41,400 nt of DNA from Octopus sinensis (GCF_006345805.1 NW_021835342.1:1-41400), one strand, 5' to 3'. Numbered from the stretch's first letter, positions 25,195 to 38,417 are shown. Notes: generated by a model not told the origin, from the letters alone. A program made the numbers and translations.

Positions 25195-25229
25195 ATTTCT
25201 GATGAAGAGCACCGCTCGAAACGTGAAAT
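25195..25229 (+). ncRNA. Minimal hammerhead ribozyme, cleavage triplet GUG (likely inactive)
   Basis: attt-CTGATGA-a-gagc acc gctc-GAAA-CG-TG-aaat, in a (TA)n-flanked fragment at ~25145-25405. Related to 2149-2184. Confidence 0.75.
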
Positions 25230-25313
25230 CCTCTTTCTTTTCTTTCCTTTCCTGTACTTATTCCACATCCTCGCGTTGATGTTGTTTTTTCTTGCTTGTT
25301 CATGTTTGGATTG

Positions 25314-25351
<38 letters not shown>

Positions 25352-25437
25352 TGTATTCCACCTGACTTCGTCTTTTGTCTATTTTCATAAAGCTTTCCGT
25401 TATTTATATATATATATATATATTAGTATATATGAGT

Positions 25438-25521
<84 letters not shown>

Positions 25522-26029
25522 TCGCGAATCAACGACGAAAGGTAGATTTTCTTTTGTTTACCTACAATTACCAGTTTCCACATGTTCAAGTCCATTAAGA
25601 AGATTTATATTCAAGGCAAGTTTCGGCGAACGTCCATCAACAGCGTTATGCACGTTCCACCGTTTCTCATTATGCACCTATAAGTAAACATAGAATGTAA
25701 TAAATTTCATAGAATTTTCCTCAGCGGCCGACAACGGCTGTCAATGCACTCGGTCGTTATCAAGCAGAGGTTAAGTGCGCACGCTATTTATACATCTTTA
25801 TTAGTATCGTGTTATTAATGCTTGTTCTATTGGTTTTGTTTCACCTTTGGATACAATCACACACACGCATACACACACGTACACGTACACGTACACACGT
25901 ACACATACACACACAAAGCACACGCCTATATATTCATTCACACATCTTTGTTTATATAAATAAATGAAATATATATACATGTTTATGTATGTTTGTGTGT
26001 ATAATATAATATAATGTTTAGTTTCTATA

Positions 26030-26241
26030 TAAATTATATATATATATATATGTGAGTGTGTGTGTGTGTGTGCGCGCGTATATACATATACATATATATA
26101 TGTATTATGTGTGTATGTATATATATATACATATACGTATATATACATATATATACACATATATATATATGTATATATATGTATATATATATATGTATAT
26201 ATGTATGTATATATATATATATATGTATATATGTGTGTGCG

Positions 26242-26281
<40 letters not shown>

Positions 26282-26372
26282 ATATACATATATATACACA
26301 TATATATGTATGTATATGTGTATATATGTATATATGTATATGATATATGTATATATGTATATATATATATGA
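26030..26372. repeat. Compound (TA)n/(TATG)n microsatellite
   Basis: Directly visible. Confidence 0.95.
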
Positions 26373-26499
26373 TAAAAGTTTCTTTCCCATCCACATGGTT
26401 TCGGGTTCAATCCCCATACAAGGCACCATTCTTCACACTAAAATACCTTTATCTCAATTTTTTTTAAAATTCCGTATCAGACCAAGTTTTCCTCGTTGG

Positions 26500-27020
26500 A
26501 TCGGCCCTTTGATCAGGGCCGATTTCTGCATAATTTGGGACAATTTATAACGTTTCCATACACGACGTTTTTTTGTTGTTGTTTTTTTCCATTTGGTTCA
26601 TAGATGTAAAGATTTTCCTGACTTTCTACTCTTGAACATCCAAAGTAAAACTGGCCATGGGTGAAGCAGGCCTCTTCAGGGTTGAACCGGCAACCGAAAA
26701 TATTTGCCATTGCGATTTGTTGATGGTCATGACAAAAACTAAGATTCCCTGGAAATTTTTGTCGTTTGAATCGAAATGGGACATCATTTTCTGAGTCCGT
26801 GCAACAGAGGATCTTATGCGCTTATAATCTAATCGCTGCCTTCAATGCTCGAGTGTCTCCTGTGACCGTGCAACGAAGTGTCTTATGCACTTATAATCCA
26901 ATCGATTCAGCCAATGCGCCGGTGTCGCCAGAGACCGTTCGACGGGTGGCTCGTATTTGCATATCATTAAGTGTATTCCTTCTCTGCATAAGTTTCTCCT
27001 GGATCGCTGCTGGTACTTTG
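26500..27020 (-). mobile_element. Internally deleted Helitron (RepHel N-terminal repeats fused to Pif1 helicase C-terminus)
   Basis: Minus strand FVMTINKSQWQIFSVAG/EEACFTHGQFYFGCSRVESQENLYIYEPNGK..KNVVY matches Helitron helicase motifs V-VI (FAMTINKSQGQ...HGQLYVACSRV...TKNVVY). Upstream ~69-bp repeats encode ARSQETLEH*RQRLDYKRIR. A perfect 9-bp hairpin lies at 26500-26523. Confidence 0.85.
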
Positions 27021-27254
27021 TGAAGGTCTTTTGACTCTGTTGCCCAAAAAGAAATTCTTTACACGCATGCATACACACACACGCTCACACAGACATACAA
27101 ACATACGCACACTCAATATAAGAGAAATACGTATACAGAAAAAGAGAGAGGTGATAAAAATATTAAGCAGTTTCCATCTTCAATATTTTTGCAAAATCTT
27201 TAAAATGAAATGGTCGGATAATTGTCTTATCTTTCTTCTTGTTATTAGCACGTA

Positions 27255-27540
27255 GCTTGAAATTTGGTAGAAAGGGAGTTAGTCGATTAGACCGACTCTA
27301 GACTTCGACGGGTACTTATTTTATCGACTCCGAAAGTCTGGAAGGCAAGTTGACATCGGCGGAATTTGAATTCAAAACGTCAAGACAGACGAAATACCGC
27401 TAAACATATTGTCCACCGTGCTAACTATTGTAGCAGAATATAACATAAGCATTGTAAGTCGATCCCGGGGGAATTTGAACTCGAATCGTAAAGCCCGAAG
27501 AAACACTGGTAAGCATTTTATCCGGCTTGCTAAATGGCAG
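27255..27540 (-). mobile_element. Two diverged SINE family B pieces
   Basis: ggtacttattttatcgactccgaaag...ggcggaatttgaa...gacgaaataccgctaa. Confidence 0.7.
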
Positions 27541-28402
27541 GATATAATAACTAACACAAGTCTCAATCAGCGGTGTGGCATGCATTACTAATGAGACGTG
27601 AACTTGACGTGGTTCCGGATGCAAAAACGATTGCATTCCTAAAGTAATCTTGTGTGGTGGTCGTTTTGTTAATGATAAACTTTCTGCCAGAACGCCGCTA
27701 AAGTAATTCAAGAACTATCGGTGGTGAAATCGGAAGATTTATCATATGAGCGAAGCCGTGAATTCTTTCACAGATTTAGTGACTCATCGCGATAGCAGGA
27801 GAAGTCTCTTCATTGAGGGTACTGAACTCTTCGAGTTGACTTGTATTTGAAATCCTCGTAGGGAAAAAACAAGGGAGATGAAGGAGGTGCAGAAACCGTT
27901 TTACGTGATTACGTAACTCGAAATCTTGAATTTTTGGTCACGTATCATTTATTTGTATTTTGTTGGTCATTGTTCTCTGTATTTGTGCTACAGACTTCTA
28001 TAGTCTTCACACCCATTTGTGCGCGTGTGTGTGTGTGTGTGTTTTATTTTTCTTGCTTTCTCTCTCTCTCTCTCTCTCGCTCTTTCTTGCTCGCTCGCTG
28101 GTGTAATGAAATAGAGAATAAGAAACATTAAAAGACAGACAGGAAAAAGACAACCAGAAAGGCGAGCGATGATGACAATGGAGGTCTCAATGTCGCTTTC
28201 TCTTCCTCCTTTTGTCTCCCTTTAATCTTCCTCTCTTTTTTATTTTCCTTCACTCTTTCTCTCTTCCTCTTTCTCTCTTTATCTTTATCTCTCTCTTTAT
28301 CTTTCTCTTTCTCCACTTTCTCCTCTTTCTCTCTCTCTCTCTCTATCATCTTTATCTCTCTCTGGCACAACAGAGTACGGAGAGATGGAGAATTAGAAAC
28401 TC

Positions 28403-28441
<39 letters not shown>

Positions 28442-28712
28442 AAGAGAGAGATAAAGAGAGAAGAGAATAAAGAGATGGGGAGCAGTTCCACCGATAATGG
28501 TGGCAGTTTTTAATCAACAGACACAATAGCCAGAGTTTTTTTTTTGCAACGTTGTTTTATAATAATTGAACGCAAATTTCCCCTTATTACTTAAATAATT
28601 CAATTTGAGGAAATATTCACAGCCACATTAAAAATGTGTTGACGACGCTTAATAAAATATAGGTTCTAGATCTCCAATGGTTTGCATCTTGAGATATAAG
28701 TAGTAGATATAT

Positions 28713-29135
28713 AAATACCTATTTCTTTACTACCCACAAGGGGCTAAACACAGAGAGGACAAACAATGACAGACAAACGGATTAAGTCGATTACATCGAC
28801 CCCAGTGCGTAACTGGTACTTATTTAATCGACCACGAAAGGATGAAAAGCAAAGTCGACCTCGGCGGAATTTGAACTCAGAACGTAACGGCAGACGAAAT
28901 ACCTATTTCTTTACTACCCACAAGGGGCTAAACACAGAGAGGACAAACAAGGACAGACAAACGGATTAAGTCGATTATATCGACCCCAGTGTGTAACTGG
29001 TACTTAATTTATCGAACCCGAAAGGATGAAAGGCAAAGTCGACCTCGGCGGAATTTGAACTCAGAACGTAGCAGCAGACGAAATACGGCTACGCATTTCG
29101 CCCGGCATGCTAACGTTTCTGCCAGCTCGCCGCCG
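28713..29135 (-). mobile_element. SINE family B with two tandem 184-bp internal units
   Basis: Units start at 28713 and 28897; the head ends gccagctcgccgcc at ~29135. Confidence 0.9.
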
Positions 29136-29751
29136 TTAAGTAGTATATGTATAAATACCGCTGAGCGAAGCTAAAATATATACACATACAACAACACACT
29201 TCGTCGCGACAAATTCCTTAAGCGGCCTTCTTTGGAATTTCATAATGGATTATTTCAAGTTGGACTGTCGCCTGGATTTCACCTTTAGAAGTTCAGCTCT
29301 ATTACACTCTAATAAATTCGTTGCTGATTTTCATTAGCGCTCTAATAAATTTGCTGGATTCCATACTAGTTCATGCTAATTCATACTAAAAGAATAACTT
29401 TTATCTGTCAATCAGTGAAGCGTACAAAATGCTTACATGGACGTTTGTTTGGATGTATTAACACTGAATGCGCTTAGTATATTAATTTCCTTTTACAAAC
29501 TAGGAGCATAAATGAGTGTGTGCACACGCGCATGCGTATGTGCGTGTGTGCATGGGTGTATGTCTATGCGCGTGTATATTGGTGTGTGTGTGTGTGTGCA
29601 CGCGCGTACTGGTGTGTGTATGCGTGTGTATATGCGTGTGCATGCGTGTGTATGTATGTGTGTATATATGTGTGTGTATTAGTGTGTGCGTGTATGTGTG
29701 TATTAGATTATGGTCAGGCGTCACTCACGAAGTACAGCTTGGTTATAGGTA

Positions 29752-30290
29752 CAGGGTTATTAAAAAAAAAGCAAATGAACCGATTTCATTACGCAATATT
29801 TGAATAAGGAAAAGCGATAGAAAACTCCAGTTAAGTCACAAGTATTTACTCACAATCAACTTTTATTTCCTGTCTTTAATGTGGCCACCACCTGCAGCAC
29901 GGGCAACATCAGTGCGATGAGAGAATTCCTCCCAGACGCGTATCACGATCCACTGAGCTGATCGCTGTTGTTATTCGATGTCTAAGGTAATTGAGGTCAG
30001 TGGGTAGCGGTGGAGTTTCCTAAGTTCTGAATGGCTGCCACAAGGGCACTGAAGTCGATCAACAGCAATCAACTCAGTGGATCGTGATACGCTGATACGA
30101 GTCTGGGAGGAATTCGCTTATCGCATTGATGTTGCCCGTGCTGCAAGTGGTGGCCACATTGAACACTTGTAAGACAGGAAATAAAAGTGGATTGTGAGTA
30201 AATACTTGTGACTTAGCTGGAGTTTTCTATTGTTTTTTCTTATTAAAATATTGCGTAATGAAATCGGTTCATTCTTTTTTAATAAACCTC
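29752..30290. mobile_element. Tc1/mariner-derived fold-back MITE made of two transposon 3' ends
   Basis: TA-CAGGGTTATTAAAAAA...TTTTTTAATAAACCTC-TA, with inverted arms ~29752-29970 and 30060-30290. 30062-30172 encodes TAINSVDRDTLIRVWEEFAYRIDVARAASGGHIEHL*. Confidence 0.88.
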
Positions 30291-30522
30291 TATTTTAGGC
30301 GTCTATGTAGTCGCGAGTATACATAGAAACCTTCTCGGCCCTTTCACACTTTGACCGGCAAAATATCGAAGACATAACAGCTGGGAGGAGAAAGAGCATA
30401 GTAATTTCGGATAGAAAAGAGAAACTACGTTCAATAGTGAAGGTCCAGCAGGTGTTAGCATAAAGCTAAAGACCAGCGAAAGAGAAAACCCCAATGGTTA
30501 AATGAGGGAAATTTAAAACTGT

Positions 30523-30903
30523 AGGCGCAGACGTGGTTCTGTGGTAAGAAACTTCCTTCCCAACGACATGGTTCAGGGTTCAGAATCACTACGGCCCTAT
30601 AACCACGGGCCGACCAAAGCCTTGTGAATGAATTTGATAGACGGAAACTAAGGGAAGCATGTTGTATATACACATGTGAGTGTGTGCGTGCGTGTGTGTG
30701 TCTGTGACTGTTCCCACCACCGTTTGACATTCAGTGTTGGAGTGTTTACGTCCCCGTAACTTAGCGGTTCGGCAAAAATTGATCAGTAGAATAAGTACCA
30801 GGCTTACAAAACACATACAATTGCTGGGCTCGATTCATTCGATTAAAATTCTTGAAGGCGATGCCCCAGCATAGCCGCAGTCTAATGACTGAAGCAAATA
30901 AAA
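30523..30903 (+). mobile_element. SINE family C copy
   Basis: Head, internal (TG)n and tail as in 20846-21217. Confidence 0.85.
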
Positions 30904-31069
30904 TATACTATATCCTATCAATAACTTTAGATTATACCCGTAATTATCTGAGTTCTTGGATATGTAAACCTACTGCTTCAACACCGGACTTGAGAAATTA
31001 GGGTGAAAAGAAGAAGCAATTCAAAGATTTCAGATGTCTAGTCAGGCAACGATATGTAGAAGTAAAACG

Positions 31070-31410
31070 GTAAAGACCCCCTTCGGTCATAAATGAGCAT
31101 GGAATTGCACCTAGAAAATTCCCCTCCGCGGCACAAGTCCGGGCAAGGTTGTTTATGGAAGACCAGCAGTCACCCATGCATACCAGTCTCCCCTCTCTCC
31201 TCGCCTCTGATGTTATCCAAGGGAAAGGCAAAAGCCAATACAGCTTGGCACCAGTGATGTCGCAAATTCTTTCTACAGGTGAGTGAACTGGAACAACGGG
31301 AAAATAAAGTGTCTTGCTCAAGAACACAACACAGTCCGGGAATCGAACTCATAAATTCACTACCTGATCATAAGCCCGACGCTCTAACCACAGTGCCATG
31401 CACCTTCACC
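31070..31410 (-). mobile_element. SINE sharing the family A tRNA head with a different 3' body
   Basis: Minus strand ggtgaaggtgcatggcactgtggttagagcg...gagttcgattcccgg..tgttcttgagcaagacactttattt, then an unrelated tail. Confidence 0.7.
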
Positions 31411-31608
31411 ATGAGTGTCCGTACATAAAATAAAACATACAGATCTGCACATGTACCAACGCCAAATGCTTGCACACATGCACATAAATATTGGTACATA
31501 TGCATACATACCCTGTTGATGTTGTTGAAATTTCAATGAAGGAGCCTTGGATCTAACTTAGAAATAGTTCTTTCTCAATTGGTGAGAAATGTAGAAAGGT
31601 AACTGAAT

Positions 31609-31787
31609 GGGAAGCACTCCGTCGGTTACGATGATGAGGGTTCCGGTTGATCCGACCAACGGAACAGCCTGCTCGTGAAATTAACGTGTAAGTGGCTGAG
31701 CACTCCACAGACACGTGTACCCTTAACGTAGTTCTCGGGGATATTCAGCGTGACACAAAGAGTGACAAGGCCGGCCCTTTGAAATAC
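31609..31787 (-). mobile_element. 5'-truncated SINE family A with 12-bp TSD
   Basis: AGGTAACTGAAT at 31597-31608 and 31788-31799; the body matches 22739-22921. Confidence 0.9.
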
Positions 31788-32205
31788 AGGTAACTGAATA
31801 ACATTATGCTTGCAAGTTTTAGTGAGGTACTAGGACTTGGATGATTAAAAAAAATAACTATCGTTATAAAGAATCTCAAAGTAGCAAAGTGTTATATCGC
31901 AATACTATACAGTGGCTGGGTGAGCTACGCAATCCTCGTCGCCACTGTTATGTCGCACGTTCGGATGACCCCTACTCAACTCTGCTCTCACCACCACTCT
32001 ACTTCCCAGTTGTGCCCTCCTCGATGTCTAGACTTCTCCCTCTATATCTACGTATTGGGTTAGCCTACTTCGTCGTCTGGGGCGTCAACACAACTCAATG
32101 CAAATATAAGAGTACAGAAACAGACGGCCTATTGTGAAGAGGAATGTGAAATATAACCGATTTATAGAATAATTCAGAATTTCAAAACTTCAAAACTATG
32201 TAAAG

Positions 32206-32813
32206 CAGTGGCTCTCAACCATTTATTGCCTACGGATTCCTTTGATTCCTGTTTTACTTGGATGGAATCTTGTAGCCATTCAATGGTGAACAAAATCCTA
32301 TAATATTTTTATAATTAAACTAGCAGTATCGCCCGGCGTTGCTCGGGTTTGTAAGGGAAATAACTATATAAGCATTTTTAGAGAGTTATAGCCAAAAAAT
32401 AGCAAAAGAATGATGGTAAATTTTTTTTAAATCGTTGACTCATCGTAGGCATTTTTAGAGAGTTATTTCCTTTATATAATAGCGAAAAAATGCATTAAAA
32501 TGGAAAAAAAATGATGGTAAATTTTTTTTTAATCGTAGACTCATCGTAGACGCGCGCTAATACCCAGAAGGGCTTGATATGAATCACAACTATAAGATAC
32601 CCGGTTTTGGTTAAACTGCACCGCAAAATGTGGGAGTAGTTAGGAATCTAAATCGTAGGAGACAGACACACAACTTCACTTTTATATATAAAGATATTGT
32701 AAAGAATTGTATAGAATAATTGTTAAAATAATTAGTGTCTTGTAGAAGCATAAGCGATTTATTGTTCATAAATTTTGACAAAAAGATATTTTATGGATCC
32801 GGTTGATAACCAC
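32206..32813. mobile_element. hAT-like MITE interrupted by a Helitron
   Basis: Ends CAGTGGCTCTCAACC / GGTTGATAACCAC; paralog at 8236-8470. Confidence 0.65.
32320..32694 (-). mobile_element. Non-autonomous Helitron, copy 1
   Basis: On the minus strand it starts TC and ends CTAG, inserted between A and T with no TSD. Subterminal hairpin cccggcgttgctcggg; internal tandem subrepeats. Confidence 0.88.
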
Positions 32814-33084
32814 ATGATGTAAAAGGATATGTATTTAAATAGTAGGAAGACTCTATATTAAGGAAGATAAAAGGAACGTAATCGATTCACACTAAACCGA
32901 GATAGAGAGATTAGAGTTCCTGAATGGAGATTTAATCGAAAATTTGATGGCGAAAATCACACCAAAACGAGTGGACGGATTAACCTGGGCGTAATTTGAT
33001 ATTTTACCTTTAAAGACAATACGGCAAATGGGATTGGTATTAAGGTAGAAGTTATGGACATTGGACGGTCTTGAATACCTTGAA

Positions 33085-33712
<628 letters not shown>

Positions 33713-34753
33713 ACTAGTTTGAGATTTTTAAAAAATCAAATGCAGTATGAAAAACTGGTTTCTGCATATGTAGAGAATAAATAATGTAATAAAATAATAT
33801 AATGACAAAACACACAAATACACACAAACTCACATCTTTCGCTTACCCTTATAGTATCTAAACTAAACAGAAAATGAAGTTTCAAAATTACGGAGATGTA
33901 CTTGCATAGCAAGTGACCTGATCTGAGATCGTGTGCTGGAACGAGAATAATTGCAGCGTGGAAGGTGTTTATAAGCCATTTAAGAAACACATAAAAACCG
34001 TTAGATTCACTTCAACATTTAAATTTAATTTGTCAAAATATTTTTGTCGCTTTGAGACTGCAACCGGTTCACTGACAAAATTCCGTGCAGGCTTTGGTCA
34101 ACTTGGCGGGGGGAGGGCTATAGTAGAAGCCTCTTGACCAAGTTGCTGACTATGCGGTTGCAAAGCAGGTTTGGTAATTACACATCCTACCTACTACTAG
34201 CGTTTTACTGGATCAGGGTTATTCTGAGGCTGAAGAATAGCCACAACAAAATTTGAAAGTTTACCATGATCTCAAGTGACTTCGACAACTGATCAATAGT
34301 CAGGTAGCCTAGTTTAGCAAACTGTTGTCATAATCGATGTCTATACATCTCAGATGTTCCCTAGCAACAACATGTATAGTCTTACGCTATCGCCGATATC
34401 CTGGAGACACAGGATATCACAAGAAGCAGCTTTAAAGCTTTATCAACATATTGCAATATCCGTTCTTTTTTGTTTTGTTCTTTTTTTCTGTGATAGTCGT
34501 TCTTTCGCTGTTAATGTTATTTAACCCCGAGTCAAACCTGATCGAGCAGATCTGTTACCAAAGACATTCCAGATATGACCCTTATGACTTTTTTTTTTCT
34601 GAGGACAGAATTGTGTACACCGAATCACATTATCAAATGCAGGGGTCTAATTTCAAGACTTGGCTGCTATTTCTAGCAAGACCAGCTGAGAAGCATCTAG
34701 AGCGTCTCTCGTTGGCGCGCTCTTTGCATGTATACATTTATAGGTTCGTCAGT

Positions 34754-35135
34754 GGAGGCGCAATGGCCCAGTGGTTAGGGCAGCGGACTCGCGATCGTAG
34801 GATCGCGGTTTCGATTCCCAGAACGGGCGTTGTGAGTGTTTATTGAGCGAAAACACCTAAAGCTCCACGAGGCTCCGGCAGGGGATGGTGGTGATCCCTG
34901 CTGTACTCTTTCACCGCAACGTTCTCTCACTCTTACTTCCTGTTTCTGTTGTACCTGTATTTCAAGGGGCCGGCCTTGTCACTTTCTGTGTCACGCTGAA
35001 TATCCCCGAGAACTACGTTAAGGGTACACGTGTCTGTGGAGTGCTCAGCCACTTACACGTTAATTTCACGAGCAGGCTGTTCCGTTGATCGGATCAACCG
35101 GAACCCTCGTCGTCGTAACCGACGGAGTGCTTCCA
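34754..35135 (+). mobile_element. Full-length SINE family A (long variant)
   Basis: tRNA-like head ggaggcgcaatggcccagtggttaggg...ggtttcgattccc; ends taaccgacggagtgcttcca. Confidence 0.92.
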
Positions 35136-35530
35136 TATAGGTTCGTATTCTATTTTTTTTGTGTGTGTGTGTGTGTGTGTGTGTATTTTTGCCATCTGTT
35201 TGAATGGTTTGAGAGGCTTCCCACTGGTTGTCAGGATTAACCAAGGATAAAAAAATAGATGTAATCACTTTGAATCTTGAATTCGTTCGTTGATTGATAA
35301 GCTTCACTCCTTGATTATGCAGCTTGGAAACCCAAAGCATCTGCTTTGTAAACCGACGCGGAAAAGAAGGACGGCGGTGTTCCAAGTCCGGACGTCACTC
35401 GTTATCAGAAATACAATGATTCCGTAATTGTTTCTTTGGAAATCTGTAACCAACGGATGTAATCGTTCCAAATTGTGATGATATAAAATAAATGGATAAA
35501 TAAATAAATAAGTAACTAAATAAAAAAATT

Positions 35531-35707
35531 GGCGTAGGTGTGTGGTAAGAAGTTTGCTTCCCAACCACATGGTTCTGGGTTCAGTCCCGCTACGTGGCAC
35601 TGAGAAAGTGTCTTCTACTATAGCTTCAGGAAAACCAAAGCCTTGTGAGCGGATTTGGTAGGCGGAAACTGAAAGAAGCCCGTCGTATATATGTATGTAT
35701 ATGCATG

Positions 35708-35751
<44 letters not shown>

Positions 35752-35850
35752 TTTGTCCCTCACTACCGCTTGGAAAACCGGTGTTGGTGTGTTTACGTTC
35801 CTGTAACTTGGCAGTTCTGCAAAACACACCGATAGAATAAATACCAGGTT
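35531..35850 (+). mobile_element. SINE family C copy
   Basis: Head, internal (TA)/(TG)n, and partial tail. Confidence 0.85.
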
Positions 35851-36235
35851 TTTTAAAAATGCAATTTTTTAAGATTTGGTCTCATATATGAAGGCAATAT
35901 TTTCTATAATGTGCAAAACATTAGCATTTAAAGTTCATGGCGCAGTTTCAATTCCGCCGAAAGCTAATTCAGTTTCACTTATGTTGATGTCTCTCTTTTA
36001 AAGGCATAAAATTTGTCTATTTTGAAACATTAGACTTTTGCTTCTCATAAAGCAAAAGAGTCGACATTCTAATTGTATTTCTTTTATTGGACAGCAGACG
36101 TAACAAAGACAACGACGTTGACTTCGAGCTGAAAACTGTGAAACTCCCGACATTTTCACAAACCTTTACTTCGCAGTATATTTTTGTTTTTACTTTATAT
36201 CTGCCTTAACCAAGAGACATATGATCAATGGCTTA

Positions 36236-37099
36236 AGGCAGCGAGCTGGCAGAAACGTTAGCGCGCCGGGCGAAATGCGTAGCCGTATTTCGTCTGCCGT
36301 TACGTTCTGAGTTCAAATTCCGCCGAGGTTGACTTTGCCTTTCATCCTTTCGGGGTCGATAAATTAAGTACCAGTTACGCATTGGGGTCGATGCAATCGA
36401 CTTAACCCCTTTATCTGTCCTTGTGTGTCCCCTCTATGTTTAGCCCTTTGTGGGTGTAAAGAAATAGGTATTTCGTCTGTCGTTACGTTCTGAGTTCAAA
36501 TTTCGCCGTGGTCCAATAGAATTATTCTTTTCTACTCTAGGCACAAGGCCCGAAATTTTGGGGGAGGGACCAGTCGATTAGATCGACGCCAGTGCGTAAC
36601 TGGTACTTATTTAATCGACCCCGAAAGGATGAAAGGCAAAGTTGACCTCAGTGGAATTTGAACTCAGATGAAAGACAGACGAAATACCTATTTCTTTACT
36701 ACCCACAAGGGGCTAAACACAGAGGGGACAAACAAGGACAGACAAACGGATTAAGTCGATTATATAGACCCCAGTGCGTAACTGGTACTTATTTAATCGA
36801 CCCAGGAAGGATAAAAGGCAGAGTCGACCTCGGCGGAATTTGAAGTCAGAACGTAGCGGCAGACGAAATGCCTATTTCATTACTACGCACAAGGGGCTAA
36901 ACACAGAGAGGGCAAACAAGGACAGACAAACGGATTAAGTCGATTACATCGACCCCAGTGCGTAACTGGTACTTATTTAATCGACCCCGAAAGGATGAAA
37001 GGCAAAGTCGACCTCGGTGGAATTTGAACTCAGAACGTAACGGCAGACGAAATACCATTAAGCATTTCGCCCGGCATGCTAACGTTTCTGCCAGCTGCC
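36236..37099. mobile_element. Two SINE family B copies tail-to-tail (36236-36512 +, 36524-37099 -)
   Basis: Heads at both outer ends. The minus copy has 184-bp units starting at 36682, 36866 and 37050. Confidence 0.9.
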
Positions 37100-37899
37100 G
37101 TATTTTTTCAATAGATTTATTGAGGGTGATGGAATGAAGCGGTTCTAGCCGTTACTCCCAGCACACTGTAGACTGAATGCCTCTCCGTCAGATATATCTC
37201 AATCTGACGAATGAACGCCTTACCCGTATTGTTACTATAACACTCTTATCAGTGCCTCTTCCAGGTGTTACATTTGGTCCAGCTGTAAAAACAATTCTGA
37301 TATTAAAGAACAAAATCGTTTGACATCGATTGAAAAATTTCAATTCTTGTTAAGATTATTTTCACATAACAGTAAGGTATTAAAGTACATCTTAAGAAAA
37401 ACATCTTACCAAGTTATTTTCTGAAGCCTAATTCACAAGGTGTCTAATCTACTTAAGTCTAATCGACAAGAGTCTCATTCACAAGATGCCTCGCCTAGTT
37501 GTTACCTGTATAACTCACACACCATCCGTATCAGAGCCATAGATCGCACTTAACTCACAAGATGTTACTTCACCGGGCTATCGACCGCAGGGTAACAAGT
37601 AAGACAAGTGTTCCAGGCTATAACAGTAAAAGAATCTAGTTTTCAATTAAATTTTTATGGATTTTTCTTTTTTATACAACAAATTATGAGGAATTTTAAG
37701 ATTTATTCATTTCAAAGTTGTAGTTCCAGTTATAAATAGTTGTGAAAAAATGTTTAATCTGGACGTTTCGGAAGTTGACATGGCACAGGTGAGATTTGAC
37801 AGTAAGCGAAGTGCATAATTGTCACACGGTTTGCCATGTTGGAAAAACAAGGACTGTTACAGCCAGAGTAGAATACATGGAGAAATAATGCAACCTGTC

Positions 37900-37998
37900 A
37901 GTCGACCTCGACGGAATTTGAACTCAGAACGTAACGGCAGACGAAATATTGCTAAGCATTTCGCCCGGCGTGCTAACGTTTCTGCCAGCTCGCCGCCT
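37900..37998 (-). mobile_element. SINE family B head fragment
   Basis: gtcgacctcgacggaatttgaactcag...gccagctcgccgcc. Confidence 0.85.
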
Positions 37999-38062
37999 TA
38001 ATAATAATAATAATAATAATAATAATATAATAATAATAATAATAATAATAATGATGATGATA

Positions 38063-38104
<42 letters not shown>

Positions 38105-38116
38105 ATGATGATGATT

Positions 38117-38152
<36 letters not shown>

Positions 38153-38154
<2 letters not shown>

Positions 38155-38405
38155 GGTTATCCCTATTGTTATCGGATCATTGGGTTCAATACCACCCAAT
38201 CTGGAAAAAAAACACCTGAAAACTTTAGAAATACGTTACAGTCTAGGTGCATTGCATAAGTCGGCATTACTTTGAACTGCACGCATATTGCGTAAAGTAT
38301 TGTCTGTCTGAGGTTCTTGTTGTGACTTGACAAACAGTACAAACCCCCCGAGAGACACAATGTCTTCAATCGATATCACGATATTGTATATACTGCGCGA
38401 CGTCT
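38153..38405 (+). mobile_element. 5'-truncated R4/Dong-like non-LTR retrotransposon (RLE C-terminus plus 3' UTR)
   Basis: KVIPIVIGSLGSIPPNLEKKHLKTLEIRYSLGALHKSALL*TARILRKVLSV* matches the restriction-like endonuclease tail (VIPIVIGALG...LQKxALLGTAxILRKVL). Flanked by (AAT)n/(GAT)n. Confidence 0.82.
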
Positions 38406-38417
38406 ATAATAATAACA

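Noticed and set aside
28713-29080. Regularly spaced repeats as a possible CRISPR array
   Set aside because: The 184-bp units are wholly repeated with no unique spacers, there are no cas genes, and the context is eukaryotic.
34754-34830. tRNA-like sequence (also at 15063 and 23045-23119)
   Set aside because: It continues directly into a multi-copy SINE body (other copies have TSDs), so it is a SINE head and not a tRNA gene.
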